IMG/VR virus record: IMGVR_UViG_3300020448_000002
Span: 1-64,000 of that record
Reading direction: 5' to 3' (one strand)
Origin: a virus
DNA length: 64,000 bases
In this document: positions 7,824 to 17,620 of the stretch, piece by piece
How the letters are laid out: every line of letters begins with the position of its first letter
Position numbering within the stretch: the stretch's first letter is position 1
Notes under the pieces: generated by a model
Told to the model about the DNA's origin: nothing
What the model saw: only the letters and a program-made list of their open reading frames with translations
Databases searched by the model: none
Made by a program: the position numbers and the translations under genes

Positions 7824-10800
7824 ATGGCAATATCTAAAGATACTAAAATAAATGTTTACAAGATGATTTCTCCTAACATTGGGAAGTCAGCTGCAGCTGG
7901 TGCTGCAGATAAAACATCTGCAAATTATCAGATGAAAACTATTCAAGCATTTAATAATCTAGGTGGTGTTCTTAATTCTATCGGTGGTGTTGTTGCTGAT
8001 ATAAAAAAGATAGAATTAAAAAGATTACAAGACGAAAAGAAAAGAATAAAAACTTTTGATCCCAAGTACACTAAGGTAGAGAAACCTAAGTTCGCATCCT
8101 TTGTTAATGATTTTATTGGTAGGAACGCACCTAATTTCTTAGAAGGTTTATTAAAAGTATTCACTGGGTTTATTAAACTTGCAGTCATTAAACCTGCACT
8201 AGAGTGGTTAGCGGATAAGAATAATCAACAGAAGATTAAAAATACTATAGAAACTATCTTCAAGTTCCTAAAATTTGTTACGACATTTATATCGAAACGA
8301 CTGTCGGGACTGATGGACGGGTTGTATGATCTCTTACGGGATGATGCTACATGGTGGGAAAGACTCACGGGATTTGCCAAATCGTTTATACATTTGGGTG
8401 CTCTCTTTGTAGGTCTTAGATGGTTGACTAATCCTGTTAAGTTAATCAAGGATGTTAGAGGTGTTCTAACAATATTTTATAGATCATTAACTAGATTCTC
8501 TAAAGGACTAAGAACTAGAGGAAGATTTCCTGGTGGATGGAAGGGTAAATTATTAACAGGTGCAGTAGTAACAGGTGCTGCAGCATGGGGTATTAATAAG
8601 ACAGTAAATGTTAATGATGAAGACGAGATGTCTTATGGTGGTTTCCGTCAGAAAAAATTACCTGAGTTTGCTACTGGTGGTTGGATCTCTGGTCCTGAAT
8701 CAGGTTATCCAGTCTCTACAAGTCCTGGTCGTGGTAGTCCTGAGTTTATAGGTCATGGAACTGAGTACGTAGCGAAGAAAAATACTGGTGAGAGTTTTAT
8801 TATACCATTCAATAACTTTGCTACAAGAGCAATGCCTGGTTTGACTGAAGCAAACATGATGACTGCTTCACAACTTGGGTTTGATTTACCACGACTTAAC
8901 GATAAACAATTCTTCTTAGGTAAGATGTTTAGTGGTGCCAAGAATCTATTCTCAGGAAAAACTTGGAGTGGTGGTAACAGAGGAACAGGAAGAGATGGAT
9001 CTTTTGGACTAGGAACTTACGGTAAAGGAAGACCAAGTGACGGAGCATCTGCAACAGCAGGTGGTGGTGCCAATGCAGGATGGCAGGGTAGATTGATGCA
9101 AAGTTTACCTCAGATAGGTAGTGCAGTATTTGGTAATAAAGGTGGTGCTATTGGTGGTGCTATCTCAACTATCTTTGGTGGAATGGGTTCTGGTGAAGGT
9201 GGTAAAGCAACTGGTATGGATATCATAAGAGGTATCGGTGGTGTTGCAAGTCAGTTTCTAGAACCAGGTAGTAAGGGAGCAAACATACTTAATACTGTTG
9301 GTGGTCTTGCTAGTACAATGTTCGGAGCAGGAACCGAAGGGATGTCCTTTGGTCAAAGACTCGGACATCTAGGAAAAGATTTCTTAGGTAGATTTGGTAA
9401 TAACATGCTAGGTCAGTTGACTGGCATGGATGGTGCAGGTCTTAACCAAGCACTTGGTAATATATTGGGTGCAACTCAAGGTGGTGGAGGTAAGAGAGGT
9501 GCAGATCAAAAACTAGTAGGTGGTGGACAACAAGCAGTAGTAGAAGCAGGTCGTGGATTCTTGAACCAAGGATACACAGTCTTTAATCATCCTAACTTTA
9601 AAAATAATAGATGGAGAAAGGGACCTCCTAATAAATCAGGATATGATCCTGCAGCAAGACAGAGAAGTGGTAAAGGTGGTCTCTATGATAAAGGATTAGC
9701 ATTTGATGTTGGTTGGTTCGGTAAGGGTAGTAAAGATGCTCAGTTACAGAACGTTGCTAACATGGCATACGGTAACAAGAAAGGATTAAAATTAACTTCT
9801 ATTATTGGTGACATCTGGGGTAAATGGATCTTTGGTGGTACTAAGAAACCACCAGGTTCTTATGGTGTAAGAAATAAAATCCAAATGGGATTCGGTGACA
9901 GTCAAGTAGCAGGTAGTGGTGACATTGGCATGTCTGGAAGTGAGTTAGAAAGAATGAAAAAGGTCATCGCAATAAAGAGTGGTGGTGATCCAGATCAAAT
10001 GGCAGTTACTGCTAGAAGTCTATTCAATCAGGCAAGTATGGGTAGTGGAACTACCATGCAGAGTATGACTGATATACTTGATTCTCTTGGTGTCAATGAG
10101 AACATGACAATCAATCCTGCTGTCCAGAATAAAGCGAACAAAGCTATAATGGCTTCGATGGACGACACTTGGATGAGTAGTATGCTAGGCAAGAAAGGTT
10201 ACTCTGAACCTCAAGCAATGGCATTGATGAACGCTACTGGATTTGGTAAAGGTATTTACTCTGGTAAGTCAGGTGCATCTAGTATAAAATTTGGCGATGC
10301 TGTATTCAATACAGAAGATAATAAGTTCTTCAATACCTTCATGAAGAACAGTGACCTAGGTGTTGCAGATGGTAGTAATCCATTCTTCCCTAGTGGTTTA
10401 GAAACAAATACTAAAAAGAAAAACAAACGTGGTAGTGGTGCAAGGAAGAACCGTTCGGAAACAATGTATAGTCCTTCTGTATCTACTGCAAGTTCTGCTA
10501 ACACAGGTAGTGGTAGTATATTAGGAGGTCCTTCAAATTCTGGTGGACAACAGACAGCTCCTAAAGATACTAAGAGAGAAGAATCATATGCTTTACAGAA
10601 GGTATATAAAGACAGAGCATACTCTAGAGAGCAGATCACAGAGAGAACAAGGAGACTTGTTGCTGAAACTATGGCTGCTGTTGAAGCACACAACGCTTCA
10701 GTAAGAGCAAACGTTGCAGCTGCAGCATCAGCAGTTGAAAAGATGAAGACAGGTGGTGGTGGTTCGTTACCAGGACTTGCAGGTGCTAAGTCAGCATTAA

Positions 10801-10844
10801 ATGCTGCTAATCTTCAAAGTAATTTCAGTATTGCTAAGTTCTAA
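7824..10844 (+). CDS. tape-measure-like protein, paralogue 2 (1006 aa)
   Basis: Shares the N-terminal blocks and FATGG...LPRL..KQ.F.GK.F motif with the previous gene. TAAATA at 7812-7817. Confidence 0.65.
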   Translation: MAISKDTKINVYKMISPNIGKSAAAGAADKTSANYQMKTIQAFNNLGGVLNSIGGVVADIKKIELKRLQDEKKRIKTFDPKYTKVEKPKFASFVNDFIGRNAPNFLEGLLKVFTGFIKLAVIKPALEWLADKNNQQKIKNTIETIFKFLKFVTTFISKRLSGLMDGLYDLLRDDATWWERLTGFAKSFIHLGALFVGLRWLTNPVKLIKDVRGVLTIFYRSLTRFSKGLRTRGRFPGGWKGKLLTGAVVTGAAAWGINKTVNVNDEDEMSYGGFRQKKLPEFATGGWISGPESGYPVSTSPGRGSPEFIGHGTEYVAKKNTGESFIIPFNNFATRAMPGLTEANMMTASQLGFDLPRLNDKQFFLGKMFSGAKNLFSGKTWSGGNRGTGRDGSFGLGTYGKGRPSDGASATAGGGANAGWQGRLMQSLPQIGSAVFGNKGGAIGGAISTIFGGMGSGEGGKATGMDIIRGIGGVASQFLEPGSKGANILNTVGGLASTMFGAGTEGMSFGQRLGHLGKDFLGRFGNNMLGQLTGMDGAGLNQALGNILGATQGGGGKRGADQKLVGGGQQAVVEAGRGFLNQGYTVFNHPNFKNNRWRKGPPNKSGYDPAARQRSGKGGLYDKGLAFDVGWFGKGSKDAQLQNVANMAYGNKKGLKLTSIIGDIWGKWIFGGTKKPPGSYGVRNKIQMGFGDSQVAGSGDIGMSGSELERMKKVIAIKSGGDPDQMAVTARSLFNQASMGSGTTMQSMTDILDSLGVNENMTINPAVQNKANKAIMASMDDTWMSSMLGKKGYSEPQAMALMNATGFGKGIYSGKSGASSIKFGDAVFNTEDNKFFNTFMKNSDLGVADGSNPFFPSGLETNTKKKNKRGSGARKNRSETMYSPSVSTASSANTGSGSILGGPSNSGGQQTAPKDTKREESYALQKVYKDRAYSREQITERTRRLVAETMAAVEAHNASVRANVAAAASAVEKMKTGGGGSLPGLAGAKSALNAANLQSNFSIAKF

Positions 10845-12220
10845 TGACAATCCAAAGATCTAATGTAGGTGAAATTGAATATCGTCTTAGTCTTTTCAGA
10901 GATGGTAAACGTTTGGCGAATGAGGAAGGAGCATTCAACTTGTACAACTTCTGCAGAGGTTGGGAGATTCGTGAACGTCTTGATAGATCTACAGTAGAAG
11001 CATCATTTGTTTTTGAAGACTCTGCAGGTATCATCAACATGATGACAGGTCATGAAGAATTAAAACTACAAGTCACAACTTCTATTATTGATAGAACATA
11101 TAACTTCAGAATATACTGTGTTCACTCACGTTCTAGAACAAACCCAACTAATGATGTGTTCATGGTTGAGGCATGTTCTACTGAGTTTATTAAGAATGAA
11201 TCAGTTAGTGTCTTTGGTGATTCAACAGAAATTTTTCAAGGTAAAAGTGAAGCAAGTGATATAGTAAACAGTATTTTAACTGAATCAAGATACCTTGATA
11301 GTAAAAAGAAAGTATTTACTGAAGAGAGTATTAATAATCAAAGATTTACTGCACCTAACTGGAGACCTTTTGATACAATCTATTGGTTAGCACAGAGAAG
11401 TGTAAGAAAATCTAGGAAGGGTGGTATATTACAGAATGGATTTCTATTCTATGAAAATGGTTTAGGTTATCATTTCAGATCTGTTGATGGATTAATTGAT
11501 GACATTAATGATCAGACATTCGACAAGCAAACAAATAAACTTACAGGAAAACCTAGGTGTTACAAGTATCATTACAGTCCTAAGAAAGTTGACGAGACTG
11601 CTGCTGATGCATTTACTATCAGTGGTATTACATTTCCAAGAGAGAAACATCTTTTAGAACTGATGAGGGATGGTAGTTTCTCAGGATACTCAGTTGGATT
11701 TGATCCAGTTACTATAGGATCATCTAAGATGGGTATGAGTACAGAACTAACAACTAATGATCCTACCTATGACTTGGATAAGATATGGGAAAAGATGTCT
11801 CATTTAGACGGAAAGAAAACAGTTAACCCTATGACTCAACTAGATCCTATTGTTCATACTATGGTGTCTAAACCAAGAAGAATTAGGTATTCATTCTTAC
11901 CAAATCAAACATTTGATCCTAAGTTTATAAACAATCCTCAAGCAAACTATCAAGAGTTGATAGATTTACAAGCATATCAGTTCATGAGATTAGAATCTCT
12001 TAAAAATATTCAACTTAAAGTAACTATACCAGGTAACTTAGATTTGTATGCAGGTGGTGGAATAGATGTTATCATACCTGCTAACTTTAAATCTGGTAGA
12101 CAAACACCATTAGACAGGAAATATAGTGGTAGATATTTAATATCGTCAGTAAAACATAATACTACAGGAACTATTCTTTACACCGAACTAGACTTACTCA
12201 AGGACTCTGTGTTAAGATAA
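10844..12220 (+). CDS. baseplate hub protein gp27-like
   Basis: PNWRPFD.I.WL, FLFYEN..GYHFRS, IPGN....G, SGRYLI..VKH; upstream of gp5. Confidence 0.7.
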   Translation: MTIQRSNVGEIEYRLSLFRDGKRLANEEGAFNLYNFCRGWEIRERLDRSTVEASFVFEDSAGIINMMTGHEELKLQVTTSIIDRTYNFRIYCVHSRSRTNPTNDVFMVEACSTEFIKNESVSVFGDSTEIFQGKSEASDIVNSILTESRYLDSKKKVFTEESINNQRFTAPNWRPFDTIYWLAQRSVRKSRKGGILQNGFLFYENGLGYHFRSVDGLIDDINDQTFDKQTNKLTGKPRCYKYHYSPKKVDETAADAFTISGITFPREKHLLELMRDGSFSGYSVGFDPVTIGSSKMGMSTELTTNDPTYDLDKIWEKMSHLDGKKTVNPMTQLDPIVHTMVSKPRRIRYSFLPNQTFDPKFINNPQANYQELIDLQAYQFMRLESLKNIQLKVTIPGNLDLYAGGGIDVIIPANFKSGRQTPLDRKYSGRYLISSVKHNTTGTILYTELDLLKDSVLR

Positions 12221-12246
12221 ATAATAATATAGTACAGGAGTTAGCT

Positions 12247-12552
12247 ATGATTACCGAAGAATTTAAAGGTATCGGAGAAAATCCTCAAGCGAAAAGGACT
12301 CATGACTTAGATCACGAAGTTTATCTTGATCCTAAAGATGGAAAAGAGCATATCAATCATGGTATGTTAGAATATTCAGTAGATGAACTTAATACAGTTC
12401 ATGCAGATTATGAATACTCTCACAAAGGTGAGGTAGTAGACCCTAATGAAGGTAAGATAAATGACTGGCATACAAGACATGAAGATAAGCATTTAGAAAT
12501 CTATTGCGACAATCATCCAGACGCATTTGAGTGTAGAGTATACGACGATTAG
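12247..12552 (+). CDS. cp12: CP12-like protein with atypical N-terminus
   Basis: C-terminus LEIYCDNHPDAFECRVYDD is the CP12 CxxxPxxxxC-VYDD signature. Confidence 0.8.
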   Translation: MITEEFKGIGENPQAKRTHDLDHEVYLDPKDGKEHINHGMLEYSVDELNTVHADYEYSHKGEVVDPNEGKINDWHTRHEDKHLEIYCDNHPDAFECRVYDD

Positions 12553-12566
12553 ATAGTATTTTTGTA

Positions 12567-13019
12567 ATGGAGTCAATTTTTGATCAGTATCTGTTAGGTC
12601 ATTGGCATAACAGAGCACAAGCACAATCTAATCCCTCACTATTTGCTCAGACAGAGATTATCTGGGCAAAAGAGGGTGAGTGGTATACTTCTAAGAATTT
12701 TTACAGAGTAGATGGTCCTCACAAACCATATCGAAATAAAAAACATAAGATAAAAGTAGCATCTAAAAGTTACATAATCATGCAGAATTTCAGGCTTGAT
12801 GGAACAAGACATCAAGAATGTGATATGCATTTCACATTTCAAAATGATTATTGGAGTGGTAAACTAGACGGTACAAGATGTAAAGGTGAGAAAGGATACA
12901 CAGTAGAATCTATGATCAATCTCTATGGAGATAAATTATTCTCAAGAGACAGAGGATTAAACCAGAAGGGTGAGAAAGTTTGGGGTAGTGATGAAATTTA
13001 TAAGTTCGTCCGTATATAA
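12567..13019 (+). CDS. cpeT: T-type phycobiliprotein lyase (CpeT/CpcT family)
   Basis: GHWHNRAQA.SNP, PYR, CDM.F, DRG......VWGS...Y.F. Confidence 0.85.
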   Translation: MESIFDQYLLGHWHNRAQAQSNPSLFAQTEIIWAKEGEWYTSKNFYRVDGPHKPYRNKKHKIKVASKSYIIMQNFRLDGTRHQECDMHFTFQNDYWSGKLDGTRCKGEKGYTVESMINLYGDKLFSRDRGLNQKGEKVWGSDEIYKFVRI

Positions 13020-13023
13020 TTCA

Positions 13024-13085
13024 ACTTTTAATTCCCAAAATACCGCAAAAAAAATTCGTGGTATTTTTTCGCGTGTAAGGTTTTT
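13024..13085. repeat. 62-bp intergenic A-tract element, copy 2
   Basis: Direct repeat of 412-473. Confidence 0.85.
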
Positions 13086-13178
13086 GTATTAAATATTACA
13101 CAAATCCAAAGAAAATCTAAAGAACCTCGCGTTTGTGTTGATTTCAATATAAAATAGTAGAAGATATTCAAACATAAT

Positions 13179-13331
13179 ATGAGTGGTGACAAAGCACATT
13201 ACGAACAACCAATAGTTTTTTATTCAGAATACATGACTGAAACAAAAAGAGTATTACTTCAGTTACATGAGGAAGATGAGGAATTACTAGTAGAGAAACC
13301 TTGGAGAAATGGCAGTCCACTAAGGGAATAA
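13179..13331 (+). CDS. small hypothetical protein (50 aa)
   Basis: Hand-translated MSGDKAHYEQPIVFYSEYMTETKRVLL...; its stop codon overlaps the late promoter TAAATA at 13329. Confidence 0.55.
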   Translation: MSGDKAHYEQPIVFYSEYMTETKRVLLQLHEEDEELLVEKPWRNGSPLRE

Positions 13332-13353
13332 ATAACTAAAAAACTGCTTAAAA

Positions 13354-15696
13354 ATGAAGCTAGTTGACGGTATACAAAATGAAAATTCATCAGGATTTGT
13401 CGGTAAGGACGGTTTCTTTTGGTGGGTAGGAGAAGTAGAAGATAACGAAGATCCAATGGAATTGGGTAGAGTTAAGGTACGTGTGCTTGGTTATTACACT
13501 AATCTACAAGGTGGAACCATAGCAGACCTTCCTACTCATGCTTTACCTTGGGCTACAGTATTACAACATACATCACAACCAGGTAATGATGGTCAAGGTG
13601 AGTCAACAGGACAATTACAGACTGGTGCTGTTGTTATGGGATTTTTCATGGATGGTGAAACTGCTCAAATGCCGATAGTTATTGGTGTTATGAGAGTTAA
13701 GAAGTCTGAAAATACTAAGACAACTTCAACACTTGCTTTTACAGATCAGTTACCAGAATGGGGTACAGCACCTAATTCATCTGCTATACATCCTGCAGAT
13801 AAAAATACTAACAAACCTTCAGCATTAAGACAGAGTGGACATAATAGTGTTGCATATCCAGGTCAAACTACTACAGAATCAGGAGGAGATGGATCTCCTA
13901 AAAATATTGGTGTAGATATACACGGTAGTTCATATAACCCTATTAAACCTTTAGATCCTTCACATCCATTTCCTACTGCTAATGGTATTGGTGGTCCTTG
14001 GAAGAGTTTAGAGTATAAGATGTCTTACATGGTAGAGGATTTGGCACATATGACCTCTAGTCTTGTTAAAATATCAGATGGCAAATATTTGGATATAGTT
14101 GTAGGTAAATACGTAACAACAAAAGACTTAACGATGAAAATAGATAATTTCTTGACAGTTATATACAGTCAAGTTATTTCTACTATGCGTCAAGCAACAT
14201 CTACACTAGCAGATACTTTAAAAGTAGATGCATTACAGTCAGACGCTACTGGTATACCATTTGCATCATATAATTCTATTCACGAAGCAGCAGAAACAGT
14301 TTTAAAGTCTTTATGTGTTATAGACGCTAATATTGACACTTATAAGAAAGAACCTTTAGATACAGTTGGTAAGTATATTGATACATGTTTAACTAATACT
14401 AAAACAAAGGAAGAACTAGTAAAACACACAGTTGATGAAGTTGTAAAGAGTATTGTTGATGAGTCTACTAAAATTATCAAGAATTTAAGTGATGTAGTTA
14501 CAACTGTAAAAGATAAAGTAAAATCTACTAATGGTTATAACATTATAACTGAATGGGAGACAGGAAGCGGTATATTTGAGTTAAGGTCAGATTTATTCAA
14601 TCAAACACATACAAACCTGACTGGTTTGATGAAGATATTACTTAAATTCCGTTCTAGTGAATGTAATAGAACTACTGATGGTAAAGACTTAATTGGTTGG
14701 TTCCCTCTATTTGGTTGTACTCGTTTAACTGGTAAAGATTTGGATGCAATCAATAAAATAAGAGGTGATGACTTATTTGGATCTATGTTTAAACAGGCAG
14801 ATCCAAATATGACTACTGCTACAAATTATATTAGTGGAGGTTATGAATTACATCTAGGGACACCAGGTCGTAAGGCAGATATTAGCAAGAAAGCAAATGG
14901 AACAACTCATACCTCTATTACCTTTAATAATGCACATCTCTATGAAAAACAGATAAGAGATCAATTAAGAAAAGCAGTTGATTATGATACATTGTCAGAC
15001 GAAGTTATAGAAGCAAAAGTTGTAGAATATGTTAATGAGGCAACTAATAATGAAGGTGATACAGGTGCTTTAGTAGCAGATCATATATCATACGCAGGAG
15101 TATTAACTCAAGAAGTTCATGGTGATGACTGTAAAATCGTAAATAAAGATTATGTTCGTAATATTGAAGGTGACTATCTACTAAAAATAACTGGTAATTG
15201 TCATATTGAAGTGGGAGGAGGATTTTACTTAGGTGCAGAGGGAGGAACAAGTAAACATGCTCTTAGATTTGGATCTGATGTTGATATGAATGTTGTAGGA
15301 TCTAAATTTGAACTACAAGGAACAGAATGTAGATTAGGATCAGTTTCAACTAAAATTACTGGTAGTATATTTGAAAACTCATCTTATCAACAAACTATGA
15401 GTGGTATGGAGATTACTATGTCAGCAGAGAACTCTATAGAAATGGTAACACCACACATACTACAGTTAATCAACATAGAGCAAAGTGAAACACCTAAGAA
15501 AGTTACTGGAATAAGGACTGTGATTAATGGTGGATATGAGACTATATTAAATCCATCAATACTAGAAAACTATAAAGTTAACCTATCATCTACCGCAGGG
15601 TACTACAATAATGCTATCATTAGTGGTAAATTTAGCGTTATTACACCCAACACAACCAGTTCAGAAACTGTCACAGGGACGTTGACCCTTCAATAA
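13354..15696 (+). CDS. gp5: baseplate hub / spike protein gp5
   Basis: GKDGFFWWVGEVED..DP..LGRVKVR..G, LPWA, V.GFFMDGE.AQ.P OB-fold; C-terminal beta-helix repeats. No lysozyme motif recognised. Confidence 0.88.
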   Translation: MKLVDGIQNENSSGFVGKDGFFWWVGEVEDNEDPMELGRVKVRVLGYYTNLQGGTIADLPTHALPWATVLQHTSQPGNDGQGESTGQLQTGAVVMGFFMDGETAQMPIVIGVMRVKKSENTKTTSTLAFTDQLPEWGTAPNSSAIHPADKNTNKPSALRQSGHNSVAYPGQTTTESGGDGSPKNIGVDIHGSSYNPIKPLDPSHPFPTANGIGGPWKSLEYKMSYMVEDLAHMTSSLVKISDGKYLDIVVGKYVTTKDLTMKIDNFLTVIYSQVISTMRQATSTLADTLKVDALQSDATGIPFASYNSIHEAAETVLKSLCVIDANIDTYKKEPLDTVGKYIDTCLTNTKTKEELVKHTVDEVVKSIVDESTKIIKNLSDVVTTVKDKVKSTNGYNIITEWETGSGIFELRSDLFNQTHTNLTGLMKILLKFRSSECNRTTDGKDLIGWFPLFGCTRLTGKDLDAINKIRGDDLFGSMFKQADPNMTTATNYISGGYELHLGTPGRKADISKKANGTTHTSITFNNAHLYEKQIRDQLRKAVDYDTLSDEVIEAKVVEYVNEATNNEGDTGALVADHISYAGVLTQEVHGDDCKIVNKDYVRNIEGDYLLKITGNCHIEVGGGFYLGAEGGTSKHALRFGSDVDMNVVGSKFELQGTECRLGSVSTKITGSIFENSSYQQTMSGMEITMSAENSIEMVTPHILQLINIEQSETPKKVTGIRTVINGGYETILNPSILENYKVNLSSTAGYYNNAIISGKFSVITPNTTSSETVTGTLTLQ

Positions 15697-15710
15697 TCTT
15701 ATGGTATTAT
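15652..15710 (+). promoter_or_regulatory. palindrome plus sigma70-type promoter
   Basis: ACCAGT-TCAGAA-ACTGTCACA, then TTGACC(15682)-17 nt-TATTAT(15705). Confidence 0.7.
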
Positions 15711-15732
15711 AGATATATCTACAGAGGTATCT

Positions 15733-15942
15733 ATGACTGACTATAAAGATTATGGAGATAATGAAATTTATCTCGCACATGTTTTTATTAACATGTCTAA
15801 GAGACAAATCAAACTTGTTTCTGAAGATGGTTACGAAGATACCGTAACTTGGAAGTTCGACAGAGAGGGTAGTGAAGGTTTTTCTGAAACTACATCTGCT
15901 ATGATCGAATGTATGGATGAAGATTTAATTACTATTTTTTAA
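15733..15942 (+). CDS. hypothetical protein
   Basis: ORF track; GAGG SD. Confidence 0.7.
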   Translation: MTDYKDYGDNEIYLAHVFINMSKRQIKLVSEDGYEDTVTWKFDREGSEGFSETTSAMIECMDEDLITIF

Positions 15943-16256
15943 TGACTGATTTTCAAGAGATTACTGAAGAGGAAGCAAAAGAAAACTTTTCCTTCCTTTT
16001 GACTATGTGTGAAAGAAACAGAACTGTCTTTAAGATAAAACGTAAAGATGGTTCTATTGCATTATTATCACCTGTTAAACAGTCAGGACCTCCTGTTGAT
16101 CCAGAGGTTCTGCAAGTTGTTGAAGAATTCCGTAAAGGTTTTATCGAGAATGTAAATGACGACCCCAAATTGGCAGCATCATTCCAAAAAGAGGCTCAAG
16201 CGTCGATTGAAGCCGCAAGCACTACGACAGGCACAAAAGCGTCTGAAATTTCTTAA
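15942..16256 (+). CDS. Phd/YefM-fold antitoxin-like DNA-binding protein
   Basis: ITEEEAKENFSFLL.......VFKIKRKDG..ALLSP matches the Phd N-terminal pattern. Confidence 0.55.
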   Translation: MTDFQEITEEEAKENFSFLLTMCERNRTVFKIKRKDGSIALLSPVKQSGPPVDPEVLQVVEEFRKGFIENVNDDPKLAASFQKEAQASIEAASTTTGTKASEIS

Positions 16257-16268
16257 AGCCAAATTATT

Positions 16269-16463
16269 ATGGAACTTACCCAAGAAGTAATTGATCAAAT
16301 TCAAGAAGCAATGAAACACACCAAAAGAAATGGTGATGTAAATTGGCAAGATGGTGATGAAATAAAAGTTCAGTTAGCAGGAACATTTGCTGCTGATAAA
16401 TTTATTGTGATAAAGAATGTTACTAAGAGTAGCACATCACTTCATAATTTTAAAAGTAAATGA
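16269..16463 (+). CDS. hypothetical protein
   Basis: ORF track; overlaps the next gene. Confidence 0.65.
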   Translation: MELTQEVIDQIQEAMKHTKRNGDVNWQDGDEIKVQLAGTFAADKFIVIKNVTKSSTSLHNFKSK

Positions 16464-16945
16464 TTGATGTAGTTGACGAATTTTTAGAAGATCATCTTCA
16501 TCATAGGATATTTGAGTATTGTAAAAATGCCAAATATCGTTATGGAGAGTGTGATGAATATGGTTTACCACCTGTAGGTATGGTATCTGATATAATTCCA
16601 GATGGTAATAAGAGTCCGTTTGATTTATTTGAAGATAGAATAGGAGGAGAATTTTACCCAAAACATCAAGGGTGTCCTTATAGAATGTACATAAATCTAT
16701 TCACACCTGGTGAAATTCCATTCTGGCACAAGGATGGTGAGCAAGGAACAACATTTATATATTATCCTAATATGCATTGGGAACCAAATATGCTAGGAGA
16801 GACTCAGTTTTTAATAGATGGTGAAATTACAGGCATTATTCCTAAACCTAACAGATTAATTGGATTTGATGCTAATATATCACATAGAGCAACTTCATTT
16901 AGAAGTGAGCATAGATTTTCTATAGCAATTAAGTATTATGAGTGA
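16460..16945 (+). CDS. 2OG-Fe(II) oxygenase (prolyl-hydroxylase-like)
   Basis: HKD...GETQF...PKPNRL..FD..I.H.A...R. Confidence 0.8.
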   Translation: MIDVVDEFLEDHLHHRIFEYCKNAKYRYGECDEYGLPPVGMVSDIIPDGNKSPFDLFEDRIGGEFYPKHQGCPYRMYINLFTPGEIPFWHKDGEQGTTFIYYPNMHWEPNMLGETQFLIDGEITGIIPKPNRLIGFDANISHRATSFRSEHRFSIAIKYYE

Positions 16946-17594
16946 TAATTTTTATGTAGAACCATTATTTTCTAATTTTCTTGCATCAGAAATTTTAGAT
17001 ATTGATGATGATAAAATTACAAAATATATTAAAACTGTAGAACCAGGCATACCACTTGACTTAAATCAACCTGAGATACATGAAGTTGTGGATCATGTTC
17101 ATAACTTAATTCCTAGATTTATGAAACTTTATGGACTAGGAAGCAAGGCAAAACCCAGAATTACTACTTGTTGGGCAAATAGAAGTAATGCTGCTGAACC
17201 TTTAAAACCTCATCTTCATGGTACACATTGGATCAGTGTTGTATATTATCCAGAGGCAGACGAAGAATCACCAGATTTAATTCTTAAGAATCCAATTACT
17301 AACGTTATGGAGTATGCAGTTCCATATCAGTATCATGAATATGCTACTTGGTATAACTCTGGAAGAATAAAAGTATCACCTAAAAAAGGATTAATGATAG
17401 CATTTCCTGCATGGTTAGAACATTGGGTAGATCCAGAGTGTCCTTCTACTAGTAATAGGTATAGTTTAGCATTAAATATAACCTTAAATCACATATCAGA
17501 TCAGTATATTGAGGACATATATCACCCGAATAACAAATTGGCAGAGATGTATGGTATAGTTAACACATTGAGGGACGAGAGCCCTTATAAATAA
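16938..17594 (+). CDS. 2OG-Fe(II) oxygenase, TIGR02466-like
   Basis: W.N, PHLH, SVVYY, FPAWLEH.V, R.SLA.N. Confidence 0.8.
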   Translation: MSDNFYVEPLFSNFLASEILDIDDDKITKYIKTVEPGIPLDLNQPEIHEVVDHVHNLIPRFMKLYGLGSKAKPRITTCWANRSNAAEPLKPHLHGTHWISVVYYPEADEESPDLILKNPITNVMEYAVPYQYHEYATWYNSGRIKVSPKKGLMIAFPAWLEHWVDPECPSTSNRYSLALNITLNHISDQYIEDIYHPNNKLAEMYGIVNTLRDESPYK

Positions 17595-17620
17595 AATCGT
17601 AGCCAATAGTGTAATTATTC

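Noticed and set aside
5036-10693. Many minus-strand ORFs inside the tape-measure-like genes, and similar nested ORFs elsewhere
   Set aside because: These are antisense or alternate-frame shadows of Gly-rich coding sequence, with no SD, promoter or recognisable motif.
13085-13100. TGTA-N8-TACA NtcA-like box after cpeT
   Set aside because: No -10 hexamer at the usual 22-nt distance, and such short matches are common in AT-rich DNA.
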